Of a stretch of 61,137 bases of DNA, positions 26,239-35,696 are shown in pieces. Location: assembly GCA_031392925.1 (NCBI GenBank), contig JANMVV010000333.1, forward strand, positions 1-61,137. Reading direction: 5' to 3'. A program made the position numbers and the translations under genes. The stretch is from Vicinamibacteria bacterium (lineage in GTDB: Bacteria; Acidobacteriota; Vicinamibacteria; Fen-336; JAGNNV01). How positions within the stretch are numbered: position 1 is the first letter of the stretch; each line of letters starts with the position of its first letter. Below the pieces are notes generated by a model, which saw only the letters and a list, made by a program, of their open reading frames with translations, searched no databases and was not told where the DNA came from.

Positions 26239-28881
26239 ATGCTTTCCCTTGCCCTGCTTGCCCTGCTCGCCGGTCCGCCCGAACTCTCGCCCGGCACTAC
26301 CTACGATCCCGCGATCCCCACGATCAGGAAAATCCTCGGCTACGACCACGGCCAGGAGATCTCGACCGGCGAAGGGTTCATCACCTACTTCAAGGCTCTG
26401 GAGGCCGCGTCGGGCGGGCGGGCGAAGGTCTTCGAATACGCGCGCACGTACGAAGGCCGGTCCCTGGTCGTGATGTTCGTGGGAACCGCGGCGCGGATCG
26501 CGGCTCTCGACTCGATCAAGGCCGACATGAAGAAGCTCGCCGACCCGCGCGCGGCGACCCCCGCGGAGCTCTCCGCGATCATCGACCGGTCGCCCGTGAT
26601 CACCTGGCTCATCCACGGCGTCCATGGAAACGAGATCTCGTCGGGCGACGCGGCCATGGCCGAGGCCTATCACCTTCTGGCGGCGAAGAACGACCCGGGC
26701 GTCGAGACCATCTTGCGCGAGTCGCTGGTCATGATCGACCCGATGCAGAACCCGGATGGCCGCGCGCGCTTCAACTTCCAGAACCTCCAGGGACGCGCGG
26801 CCTCGCCCGACTCCGAGCCTCTCTCCGCCGAGCACGATGAGCCGTGGCCGGGCGGACGCAGCAATCACTACCTCTTCGACCTGAACCGCGACTGGCTCGC
26901 CATCACGCAACCCGAGACCGCGGGCCGGGTGAAGCTCTTCCTCGACTTCTTCCCGCAGGTCACGGTCGACCTCCACGAGCAGGGCGGCGACGCCACTTAC
27001 TACTTCCCACCCTCGGCGCCGCCAGGGAATCCGTTCCGAACGAAGGCCCAGACTGAATGGATCGACAAGATCGGACGCGCCAACGCCCTTAAGTTCGACG
27101 AGAGGGGCTTCGCCTACTTCATCGGAGAGATCTACGACTCGTTCTATCCGGGCTACGGCGTCTCCTGGCCGATGGCCCAGGGTTCCCTCGGGCACACCTT
27201 CGAGCAGGCCTCGTCGCGCGGCCTCGTCTTCCGGCGCACCGACGGCAACGACCTGACTTTCAAGGACGGCGTGGTGCACCACTTCACCGCGGCCATCCGA
27301 ACCGCGCTCACCGCCGCTGAGAACCGCAGGGCGCTCCTCAATGAGTTCGTCGCCTTCCGCAAGTCGGCGGTCGATCAAGGCGGATTGAAGGAATACGTGC
27401 TGATTCCGGGGGCCGATCCCTCGCGCGCGCGGCGTCTCGCGAGCCTCCTGGTGGCGCAGGGCGTCGAGGTGTTTCGCGCCGAGGAAGCCCTGGGCACTCC
27501 CGATGCGGCTCTCCGCACGAAGGCCGGCGCCACGGTCGTGAAGGCTGCCTCCTATCCCGCGGGCTCGTACATCGTTCCCCTGGGCCAGCCGACGGAGCGC
27601 CTGATCAGGAATCTCCTCGACCGCGACGTGCCGATGGATCCCGAGTTTCTAAAGAAGCAGGAGGAGCGGCGCGCGCGGCTCCTCCCCGACCAGTTCTACG
27701 ACATCACGACCTGGAGCCTCCCCGCTCTCTTCGATGTGGGCTGCGTGCTCTCCGAGGTGAGAGTCTCCGGCAAGCGCTCGCGTTTCGATCCCGACCGGAT
27801 CGAAACACCCGAGGTCAAGCCCGCGACCGTCGCCTATCTCGTGCCCTGGGGCTCGGCGGCAGCGGCCGCGATGGCGGAAGCCGCGCGGATGGGCGTCGTG
27901 GTGCGCAGCGCCGACGATCCGTTCTCGATCGGCGGACGCAACTACGGCATCGGCACCGCGATCATCCGTGTGGCCGAGAACGCCCCGACCGTGCGCGCGA
28001 CCCTTCAGACCCTCGTCGCGAAGTGGGGCGTGGAGGTCGTGGCCGCGAACACCGGGTTCGTCGACGAAGGCGGGATCTCGCTCGGCAGCAACCAGGTTCT
28101 CCGCATGAAGGCGCCGCGCGTCCTCCTCATGTGGGATGCGCCCACGTCGTCGCTCTCCGCCGGCTGGGCGCGTTACGTCCTGGAGCAAAGGTTCGAGCAG
28201 CCGGTGACGGCCATGCGCGTGTCGACCATGCGGCGCGCCGACCTCCGGAAGTTCGACGTCATCGTGATGCCCAACGGCAACTACGAGGGAGTGCTCGGCG
28301 ATCCCGAGGTGGCGCGCCTCAAGGACTTCGTGCGCATGGGCGGCACGCTCATCACCATCAGCGAAGCCTCGCGCTGGGCTTCGCGCGACAAGGTAGGACT
28401 CCTCTCCACCGACACCGAACTCAAGGATGGTCGCAGCGACGAGTCAATCGACGCGAAAAAGCCGGAGGGGGCCGGGGACAAGAAGCCTTTCGATTACAAC
28501 CGCGCCATCACCCCGGAGCGCGCCCGGCCCGACCTCATCGCGGGCGCCATCCTGGAGGGACGTCTCGACACCGAACACTGGCTCACCGCCGGTCTCGACG
28601 CGGACTTCCAGGTGATGGTCGATGGGCAGCGCGTCTTCACGCCTCTTAAGCTCGACAAAGGAGTGAACGTGGGCGTCTACGCGCCCGCGGACAAGCTCGC
28701 GACGAGCGGCATCGTGTGGAAGGAGAACAAGGAGTCCTACGCTCAGAAGGCCTTCCTGATGGACGAGCCGCTCGGCGCAGGACATGTCATCGCCTTCGCG
28801 GAAGAGCCGAACTTCCGCGCCTACTCGCAGGCTTCAGAGCTGCTCTTCATGAACGCCGTGCTGCTCGGGCCCGCGCGTTAG
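26239..28881 (+). CDS. Secreted M14 zinc carboxypeptidase with C-terminal GATase-like domain
   Basis: HGVHGNE, QNPDGR, GRSNHYLFDLNRD, DLHEQG, TFEQAS. Confidence 0.92.
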   Translation: MLSLALLALLAGPPELSPGTTYDPAIPTIRKILGYDHGQEISTGEGFITYFKALEAASGGRAKVFEYARTYEGRSLVVMFVGTAARIAALDSIKADMKKLADPRAATPAELSAIIDRSPVITWLIHGVHGNEISSGDAAMAEAYHLLAAKNDPGVETILRESLVMIDPMQNPDGRARFNFQNLQGRAASPDSEPLSAEHDEPWPGGRSNHYLFDLNRDWLAITQPETAGRVKLFLDFFPQVTVDLHEQGGDATYYFPPSAPPGNPFRTKAQTEWIDKIGRANALKFDERGFAYFIGEIYDSFYPGYGVSWPMAQGSLGHTFEQASSRGLVFRRTDGNDLTFKDGVVHHFTAAIRTALTAAENRRALLNEFVAFRKSAVDQGGLKEYVLIPGADPSRARRLASLLVAQGVEVFRAEEALGTPDAALRTKAGATVVKAASYPAGSYIVPLGQPTERLIRNLLDRDVPMDPEFLKKQEERRARLLPDQFYDITTWSLPALFDVGCVLSEVRVSGKRSRFDPDRIETPEVKPATVAYLVPWGSAAAAAMAEAARMGVVVRSADDPFSIGGRNYGIGTAIIRVAENAPTVRATLQTLVAKWGVEVVAANTGFVDEGGISLGSNQVLRMKAPRVLLMWDAPTSSLSAGWARYVLEQRFEQPVTAMRVSTMRRADLRKFDVIVMPNGNYEGVLGDPEVARLKDFVRMGGTLITISEASRWASRDKVGLLSTDTELKDGRSDESIDAKKPEGAGDKKPFDYNRAITPERARPDLIAGAILEGRLDTEHWLTAGLDADFQVMVDGQRVFTPLKLDKGVNVGVYAPADKLATSGIVWKENKESYAQKAFLMDEPLGAGHVIAFAEEPNFRAYSQASELLFMNAVLLGPAR

Positions 28882-29843
28882 AGCCACTTCGCCCTCTTGA
28901 ACATGTAGACCAGGTAGGCGTCGATGCCCGCCATGAGCGCGAGCGCGAAGGGGTAGCCGTAGATCCAGTTGAGCTCCGGCATGTGCTGGAAGTTCATGCC
29001 GTAAACGCCCGCGATCATGGTGGGCACGGCGGCGAGCGCCGCGTAGGCGGCGAGGCGCTTGGTAATCTCGGTCTCCTGCAGGCCGATCAGGGACAGGTTC
29101 ACCGTGATGCCGGTGTGCACCATGTCGCGCAGGCTGTCGATGGTCTGCTTCAGTCGGAGCAGGTGGTCGTAGACGTCCCGAAAATACTCATCGAGCCCCG
29201 AGCAGATCGGCGGTACGCGGCCCCCGTGGAGTTTTCCCGCCACCTCCAGCAGCGGACTGGTCGCGCGATCGAGGACCATCAGCTTGCGCTTCAGGCCGTA
29301 GAGCGACTCGATGTGCTCGCGCGTGCTCTGGCCGGAGAAGATGCGCTCCTCGATCTCGTCGATCTCTTCGCTCACGGCGTCGAGGACCGGGAAGTAGCGA
29401 TCGACCACCGCGTCCATCAACGCGTACAGAACGTAGGCGGGTCCATGCTGAAGGAGCTCGGGCTCGAGCTCGGAGCGCGTGCGCACGTCGGCGAAACCAT
29501 GCTGCGAATCGCGGCGCACCGTGACCACGTAGCCGGGGCCGACGAAGATCGCGACCTCGCCGGCGTGTAATTCATCGCCCACCGGCTCGACGATCTGAAG
29601 GACCACGAAGAGGGATTGCCCGTACTCGTCCATCTTCGGCCGCTGATGACCATGGTGGGCGTCCTCAACCGCGAGTTCGTGAAGATCGAATTCTTCCTGC
29701 AGGGTCTCGAGTTCGCCCGGTTCCACATCCTTAAGCGCCACCCAGACGAAGCAATCCGGCCGGCTCCGGAACTGACGAATCTCGGCAAGGCTGATCTCCG
29801 CGAGTTTCTTCCCATGCTGATACGCGGCGCAGTTGACGAGCAT
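28878..29843 (-). CDS. corA: Magnesium/cobalt transporter CorA
   Basis: HELAVED..HGHQRPK, YFRDVYDH, YGMNF..MPEL signature. Confidence 0.96.
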   Translation of the reverse strand: MLVNCAAYQHGKKLAEISLAEIRQFRSRPDCFVWVALKDVEPGELETLQEEFDLHELAVEDAHHGHQRPKMDEYGQSLFVVLQIVEPVGDELHAGEVAIFVGPGYVVTVRRDSQHGFADVRTRSELEPELLQHGPAYVLYALMDAVVDRYFPVLDAVSEEIDEIEERIFSGQSTREHIESLYGLKRKLMVLDRATSPLLEVAGKLHGGRVPPICSGLDEYFRDVYDHLLRLKQTIDSLRDMVHTGITVNLSLIGLQETEITKRLAAYAALAAVPTMIAGVYGMNFQHMPELNWIYGYPFALALMAGIDAYLVYMFKRAKWL

Positions 29844-29961
29844 GAAAGTTCGAGGCTTCCTTTTCTGGTTTGGGTCGGGTCAGCGGGAGAGGTCGAGTCG
29901 GATCGCCCTGGCGGGGAGAGAACGGCTAAGGGTATACCCGTCCTCGCCTCGAAGGGAGAGG

Positions 29962-31255
29962 CTACAACCACGCGAGACCGAAGCTCACGACTGCTCCCGC
30001 GAGAATCGCCGGGGCCAGGCGGCGGATCAGGGCGATCGGAGAGACCGCGACGAGGCCGGAGCAGTAGACCACCACGGCGGCCACCGGCGACATGGTCCGG
30101 CCAAAGGCACCCCCGAAGCACGCGAGTGCTCCAAGGCGCACCGCGTCGTCTCCCGGGCCGAGGCCGGGAAGAAAGGTCTGCGCGAAGGTGAGGATCGGAC
30201 CGGAGCCGGAGCCGGAGAGCAGCGACAACGCCCACGGGAAGCCGGCGGCGAGCAAGGCCAGGAAGCCGAAGGCGCGCGCCATCTCCAGAAGCTTGGCGGA
30301 AAGGCCGACCGCGGCCACACCGGCCCCGAAGCACTGCGCGGTGATGGTGAGGGAGATGATGGTCCCGTAAGCCTCGCCGATCCCGGTGAACATCGTCCTG
30401 GTGAGTCTCTGAAGGTCGCGGTGGGCCACCATCAAGGCCAGGACCACGCCGATGAGCATCGCGCGCACGATGGGCAGGGAGCCCGCGAACGGCTTCCAGT
30501 CGTCGCCGGGAGGCGTCTCGATCAGGAAGGCGAGGGGTGTCGCACCGCCGTAGGCGAGAAGGCAGCATGGCGATCGGGACCACGGGCACCAGCGCGTGGA
30601 GGAGGCTGAGCCTGAAATCTTCGGGCGCGGGCGGCGCCTCGACCTCCCGAGTCGCCTCGCGGCGGCGATTCAGGAACGCGAAGGCGAGGGCGGCGGTGAT
30701 CGCGCCGGCCACACTCGCGGGGATGACGCGGGCCGAGAGTTGGGGCGCCGCCACACTGGCGACGGAGGCGATGGCCACCACGTCCTGCGCGCCCGGATTG
30801 AGCAGGTCGCCGCCGAAAGATGCGCCCAGCAGCAGAGCGGCCCCCGCCACTTCCTTCGAGAAACCCGCGGCCAGAAGCAGCGGAACGAGGATGGGGCCGA
30901 TCGCCGCCGCGGTGCTGGTCTGGGACGAGACCGCCATGTTGACGAGGTAGGCGACCAGGACTCCGCCGGGCAGCATGAGCAGCCGCACTCGGCGGATGGG
31001 CATGAGAAGGAGGTGAACGAGATGCTTGTCGCATCCGGTCGCGGATACCACCGCGGCGAAGCCCATGGCCGCGCAGATCGGGCCCACCATCCCCGCAACC
31101 ATGGCGCGGGTGAACGTGTCGAAGAGAAGCAGCGGCCGTCCCGCGATCAGGCCGAGGACGAGGCCGGAAGCCAGCAGAACCAGGCGCACCTCGAATCGCC
31201 GCACCATGAAGTACACGGCCGCGGCCACCACGATCAGGGAAAGCGCGAAGGTCAT
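29962..31255 (-). pseudogene. dcuC: DcuC-family C4-dicarboxylate transporter with a one-base frameshift near 30562
   Basis: The N-half (ICAAMGFA..V..TGCDKHLV, GGDLLNPGA) and C-half (SGSG, GRTMSPVAAV) are in different frames. Removing one C from ATG CTG CCT TCT CGC restores MLLLAYGG. Confidence 0.8.
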
Positions 31256-31338
31256 TGACAGGTTCCGGTTCAGACGAGTGTAGCCCGGGGAGATCTGGTC
31301 CGAACCAGGGGTTCGGAAGTAGTCTTGACCGGCCACCG

Positions 31339-31659
31339 ATGAGCAAGGAGACACCGAAGAGCGACGTCCTCGAGCGGACAGATACGGTCAAGAAGGAGAA
31401 GAAGACGCCCCCTTACCGCGTCCTTCTCATGAACGACGACTACACACCCATGGAATTCGTGGTCGAGGTCCTGATGGGCATCTTCGGAAAGGGCGAAGCG
31501 GAGGCCGTGCACATCATGCTGAAGGTGCATGTCGAGGGCTCCGGCCTCGCCGGCGTCTACCCCTTCGAGATCGCCGAGACGAAGGTTGAGGAAGTCCACG
31601 CCCTTGCCCGCTCGGAGGGCCATCCGTTGAAGGCGGTCCTCGAAGATGGCGAGGCGTAG
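31339..31659 (+). CDS. clpS: ATP-dependent Clp protease adaptor ClpS
   Basis: YRVLLMNDDYTPMEFVVEVL, IMLKVHVEG, EIAETK, HPLK. Confidence 0.96.
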   Translation: MSKETPKSDVLERTDTVKKEKKTPPYRVLLMNDDYTPMEFVVEVLMGIFGKGEAEAVHIMLKVHVEGSGLAGVYPFEIAETKVEEVHALARSEGHPLKAVLEDGEA

Positions 31660-31671
31660 CTGAGGAGACCC

Positions 31672-32673
31672 ATGCCCACACCGCCCGTAGAAACTCCCAC
31701 CATCGAAGCCATCCGCGCCAACCGGGCGCGGCTCGGCGATCTCGTGGTCACGACACCCGTTCGCCTTCTCGTAGATGACGCCCTCTCCGCCGCGGTGGGC
31801 GCCTCGACCCGGGTGTGGTTGAAGGAGGAGCTGTTCCAGCGGACCGGCAGCTTCAAGCCGCGCGGCGCGCTCTCGGTGATGCTCGACCTCGATGCCGGAG
31901 CACTCGCCCGCGGCGTCACCGGGGTCTCGGCCGGCAATCATGCGATCTCGCTCGGCTACTCGTCGCGAAGGCTCGGCACCACGGCGAAGGTGGTGATGCC
32001 GAAGAACGCCAATCCCTTCCGGGTTCAAGTGTGCCGCGAACTCGGAGCCATGATCGAACTGGTCGACAACGTCCATGAAGCGTTCGCGCGAGTGAAGGAG
32101 ATCGAGGCCAGCGAGGGCCGGACGTTCGTCCATCCCTACGAAGGCCCCAAGACCGCGCTCGGGACGGCGTCGGTCGGCATGGAGTTCATCGATCAGGTCC
32201 GTGCCGAAGGAGCCTCGCTCGACGCGGTCATCGTGGCCGCGGGTGGCGGCGGCCTGACCGGAGGTGTCGCTTGCGCGGTCAAGCTCCTGAGCCCGCAGAC
32301 CTCGGTCTATGTGGTCGAGCCCGAGGGTGCGGACAGCCTAAGCCGCAGTTTCAAGGCTGGCTCGCCGCAATCGATCGAGGCCGTCCGCACCATCGCTGAT
32401 TCTCTGGGCGCGCCCAGGTGCGAGCCCTACTCCTTCGCGCTCAATCGCATGTTCGTCGACGAGGTCGTCCTCGTGAACGACGACCAGATCCGCGAAGCCA
32501 TGCGCCTGCTCTTCCGATCCGCGAAGCTCGCGGTCGAACCGGCGGGTGCGGCGGCGCTCGCCGCCCTGATGCATCCGCTCCGCGCCCGCCTCGAGGGAAA
32601 GAGCGTGGGGGTGGTGGTGTGCGGCGCCAACATCGACCCCGAGACCTTCGCGAAACAGATCACCCAGCCCTAG
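31672..32673 (+). CDS. PLP-dependent threonine/serine dehydratase (serine racemase-like)
   Basis: LKEELFQRTGSFKPRG, SAGNHA, GGGGL, VEPAGAAA, CGANID. No ACT domain. Confidence 0.92.
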   Translation: MPTPPVETPTIEAIRANRARLGDLVVTTPVRLLVDDALSAAVGASTRVWLKEELFQRTGSFKPRGALSVMLDLDAGALARGVTGVSAGNHAISLGYSSRRLGTTAKVVMPKNANPFRVQVCRELGAMIELVDNVHEAFARVKEIEASEGRTFVHPYEGPKTALGTASVGMEFIDQVRAEGASLDAVIVAAGGGGLTGGVACAVKLLSPQTSVYVVEPEGADSLSRSFKAGSPQSIEAVRTIADSLGAPRCEPYSFALNRMFVDEVVLVNDDQIREAMRLLFRSAKLAVEPAGAAALAALMHPLRARLEGKSVGVVVCGANIDPETFAKQITQP

Positions 32674-32676
32674 ACG

Positions 32677-34890
32677 CTAGAAACTCATCATCCGGGTGAA
32701 CTTCACCACCAGGCTGCGGCCCGCCTTCGGCGCTTCCGGGGTATCGAAGAACTGCTCGTTGTAGACCACGTACAGATCGGAAAGCGGCCGGTGAATGAAG
32801 TTGAAGCGGATGTTCGTGTTCCGCAGCTTCTGCTCCGAGTCGTACTGGATCAGGGCGTCGAGGAACATGTTCCGGCTGAACGAGTAGTTGGTGCGAATGG
32901 TCAGCAGGTTCTGAACGTAGTGGGTGTTCTGCGGATCAAGATCGACCCTGGTGCGCGAGAGCCCGGCCTGGACATAGAAGCGATAGCTCGGACGGAAACG
33001 CAGCTGCGGGTAGACGCTCGCCTGCCGGCCGTTCCACAACCCGCCCTTTCCGAGGTCCAGGTTCAGTTGGATTTTACGGCTCGGGTCCGAGCTCAGCTTG
33101 ATCTGATGAACGTGCCAGTCGTAGAACCCCGCGGGGATCGGCGCGTAGTTGGGGTTGATCCTGAAGGGCTTGGTGAGGGTGTCGGCCTGCGGGTTCGCCG
33201 AGTATTCGAGATACCCGCCGTTGTTGAGGAAGAAGGTGAAGCCGTTGTGCATCTTCTTGGCCAGGAACGTCCCGTCGAGATCGTTGTAGTAATCCCAGAC
33301 CATGTGGGGATGAAGCTCGCGGATCCCGAACCGCCGCAGGAACACCGGACGCGGCCTCAGGCCGATGTCCGAGAAGGTCTTGCGGATGCCCACGCGCTTC
33401 AGGTATCCGAGTTCGTCGTTGAACTGGGGATCGATGCGCAGGGTCCCGGCCTTGGCGTGAAAGAAATTGCCCTCGCGATTCAACGAGGTTCGAAACGCCG
33501 ACTGACCGCCGTGACGTCCGGGACTCTGGGAGGTGAGGCCGTAGAGGCTCCAGTCGATCCGTCCCGGGAATCTGATGGTCGCATCGAGGCCGTAGACCCG
33601 GTTGTAGCCCGGGTTCGCGCCGGTGGCTTCGCGAGTCATGAAGATCGCGCCGATATCCGAGTTCTTCAGGATGTTGCGGCGAACACGCAAGACTCCCCAC
33701 AGGTTCGAAGGCTGCCCGGAGGCGGCCCGGGTGTGCGCGAACAGGGCGCCCACGGTGAGGCCGGCGAGCCGTCCGGTCAGGCGCCCGCCCGCGGTGATGG
33801 GAATGGGCTTCCCGTTGGGGGCGAGGCCGATGGTCCGGGAGAAGAAGGGCAGAAGGTCTTCATCGGCCGTGGGCGCGACGCTGACACGGTTGTTGCGGCC
33901 GGCATCGCCCACGTAGAAGACGCCCGAGTTCTCGAGGAAGAAATCGCGTTTCTCCGGAAAGAACTGGGAGAACTGGGTCAGGTTCACCTGCTGTTCGTCG
34001 GCCTCGGCCTGGGCGAAGTCGGGGTTGATGGTGACATCGAGGGTGAGCGATGAAGTGAGGGCGCCCTTGAAGTCGACGCCCAGGTCACCGCTGCGGTCGT
34101 AGGCGCCGCCGACCGGACGCACAGTGCTGCCCGAGACGTAGGGTTTGATGCGCAGATCGCGACCGGGGGTGCCCGCGTCGAGGCCGAGGAGGTCGCCGCC
34201 CAGGGACATGCGGGCGAAGGTGTAGGACCTGGGTATCGGCGACCAGTACGTGAGTTCGTTCTTGCGACGGATCCTCCGGGTGAAGTTGATCCCCCACTGG
34301 GCGCTCTTCGAGGGCTCGAAGCGAAGGGCCTTGAAGGGAATCCGGATTTCCGCGATCCAGCCGTCCGGCACCCGGCTCGTGGCCACGAACCACACGGCGT
34401 CCCAACTGGTGTTCACCTCTCGACCCTCGTTCGCGAACTGCTGGTCGGCCTTCGCCCCCTCGGGATTCGTGTAGAAGATGTAGCCGTTGCGGCGGTCCTT
34501 GAACGTATCGAGAGCGACCCCGAAGGAATCCTGCTCGTCTTCCTTGAAATCCTTGCGCAGGGCGGCCACGATCAGCTTGCCGGGCTCGCGGTCGTGGCAG
34601 TAGGCGGCGATGTAGAGGCTGTCGGCGTCGAAAGCGATGCGCACCTCGGTGTCCTCGGTGGCGGCTTCGCTCTCCTTCGGCTCAGCCTGAACGAAGCCCG
34701 CGATGGGCCGGGCGATCTTCCAGACCGCGTCGTCGAGAACGCCGTCGAGCATCACCGGGCTCTCGGTCCGCGAGGCAACCAAGGTCAGCCGGCCCTCCAA
34801 GGACTTCTCGGACTGAAGGGCGTCGGCGAACGCCGGCATTCCGGATATCACGAGCACAGGAAGGGCGGCGAGCAGCCGGGAAGCGGACAT
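32677..34890 (-). CDS. CBM9-like/DUF5916 outer-membrane-associated protein
   Basis: LDGVLDDAVW, GWIAEIRIPFKALRF, TINPDFAQAEAD, FFPEKRDFFLE, signal peptide, C-terminal Phe. Confidence 0.85.
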   Translation of the reverse strand: MSASRLLAALPVLVISGMPAFADALQSEKSLEGRLTLVASRTESPVMLDGVLDDAVWKIARPIAGFVQAEPKESEAATEDTEVRIAFDADSLYIAAYCHDREPGKLIVAALRKDFKEDEQDSFGVALDTFKDRRNGYIFYTNPEGAKADQQFANEGREVNTSWDAVWFVATSRVPDGWIAEIRIPFKALRFEPSKSAQWGINFTRRIRRKNELTYWSPIPRSYTFARMSLGGDLLGLDAGTPGRDLRIKPYVSGSTVRPVGGAYDRSGDLGVDFKGALTSSLTLDVTINPDFAQAEADEQQVNLTQFSQFFPEKRDFFLENSGVFYVGDAGRNNRVSVAPTADEDLLPFFSRTIGLAPNGKPIPITAGGRLTGRLAGLTVGALFAHTRAASGQPSNLWGVLRVRRNILKNSDIGAIFMTREATGANPGYNRVYGLDATIRFPGRIDWSLYGLTSQSPGRHGGQSAFRTSLNREGNFFHAKAGTLRIDPQFNDELGYLKRVGIRKTFSDIGLRPRPVFLRRFGIRELHPHMVWDYYNDLDGTFLAKKMHNGFTFFLNNGGYLEYSANPQADTLTKPFRINPNYAPIPAGFYDWHVHQIKLSSDPSRKIQLNLDLGKGGLWNGRQASVYPQLRFRPSYRFYVQAGLSRTRVDLDPQNTHYVQNLLTIRTNYSFSRNMFLDALIQYDSEQKLRNTNIRFNFIHRPLSDLYVVYNEQFFDTPEAPKAGRSLVVKFTRMMSF

Positions 34891-35032
34891 GAACAAACCA
34901 GTTTACGAAAATAAGAGCAGCCTCGCGCGCAACCGGGCTTTCGATCGACGCATCGATTCGGAGGCAGGGTCCTTTGACCGGGGCCACGATGTGAACCTAG
35001 GATGCGGGCGCCCATCAAGGAGGGCTCACTCC

Positions 35033-35599
35033 ATGACACTGACTTCGCCTCTGACTCGAATCGCGGCCCTCGCCGGACTCATTGGCTCCGCCGCGGCCGG
35101 GGCTCAGACGCCGGCCCCGCCGCAGGCACCCGTGTCCCTGGCGCCCGCGGAGATCGTCGCGGAGATCAAGGCCAAGACCAGGCAGTTCACCGAGGCGATC
35201 GTGTCGAAGGATCTGTCCGTGCTCGACAGGATGTTCGAGTCGCAGGCGGGCAACGTCTACTACGACATCAACGAAGGTCCCCTTCTCACTTTCGACCGGC
35301 TGAAGCGGGTGTGGACCGCCGCCACCACGAACTTCACCATCTCCAGGTTCGAGTTCAACGAAGACATGAAGATCGACAAAGTCGGCGATGTTCTCGTGCA
35401 GACCGGAACTTGGGCCCAGACCCAGGTCGCGAAATCGGGCGCCAGCCGCGACATCGCGGGCCGGGTAACCGTCTTGTGGCGCAAGAGCGGCAACGAGTGG
35501 CGCGTCTTCCATTATCACGGCTCCATCACTCCGCCCCGCCCCCCGGCGCCGCCGCGGCCGCCCGTGTCGCCGACCGCCCCGCCCCAGCCGCCTGACTAG
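35033..35599 (+). CDS. Secreted NTF2/SnoaL-like (DUF4440) protein
   Basis: GRVTVLWRK...WRVFHYHGS motif, AGGAGG RBS. Upstream TTGACC-N18-TAGGAT promoter. Confidence 0.8.
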   Translation: MTLTSPLTRIAALAGLIGSAAAGAQTPAPPQAPVSLAPAEIVAEIKAKTRQFTEAIVSKDLSVLDRMFESQAGNVYYDINEGPLLTFDRLKRVWTAATTNFTISRFEFNEDMKIDKVGDVLVQTGTWAQTQVAKSGASRDIAGRVTVLWRKSGNEWRVFHYHGSITPPRPPAPPRPPVSPTAPPQPPD

Positions 35600-35696
35600 C
35601 AGGGCGCTGACCATTCAGCGCCCCGCGTATCCTTGGACGATCCCCCGGGCTTGCGCCTCTGAGCAACCCGCGGAAGGAATCTCGCCAAAGGACATC

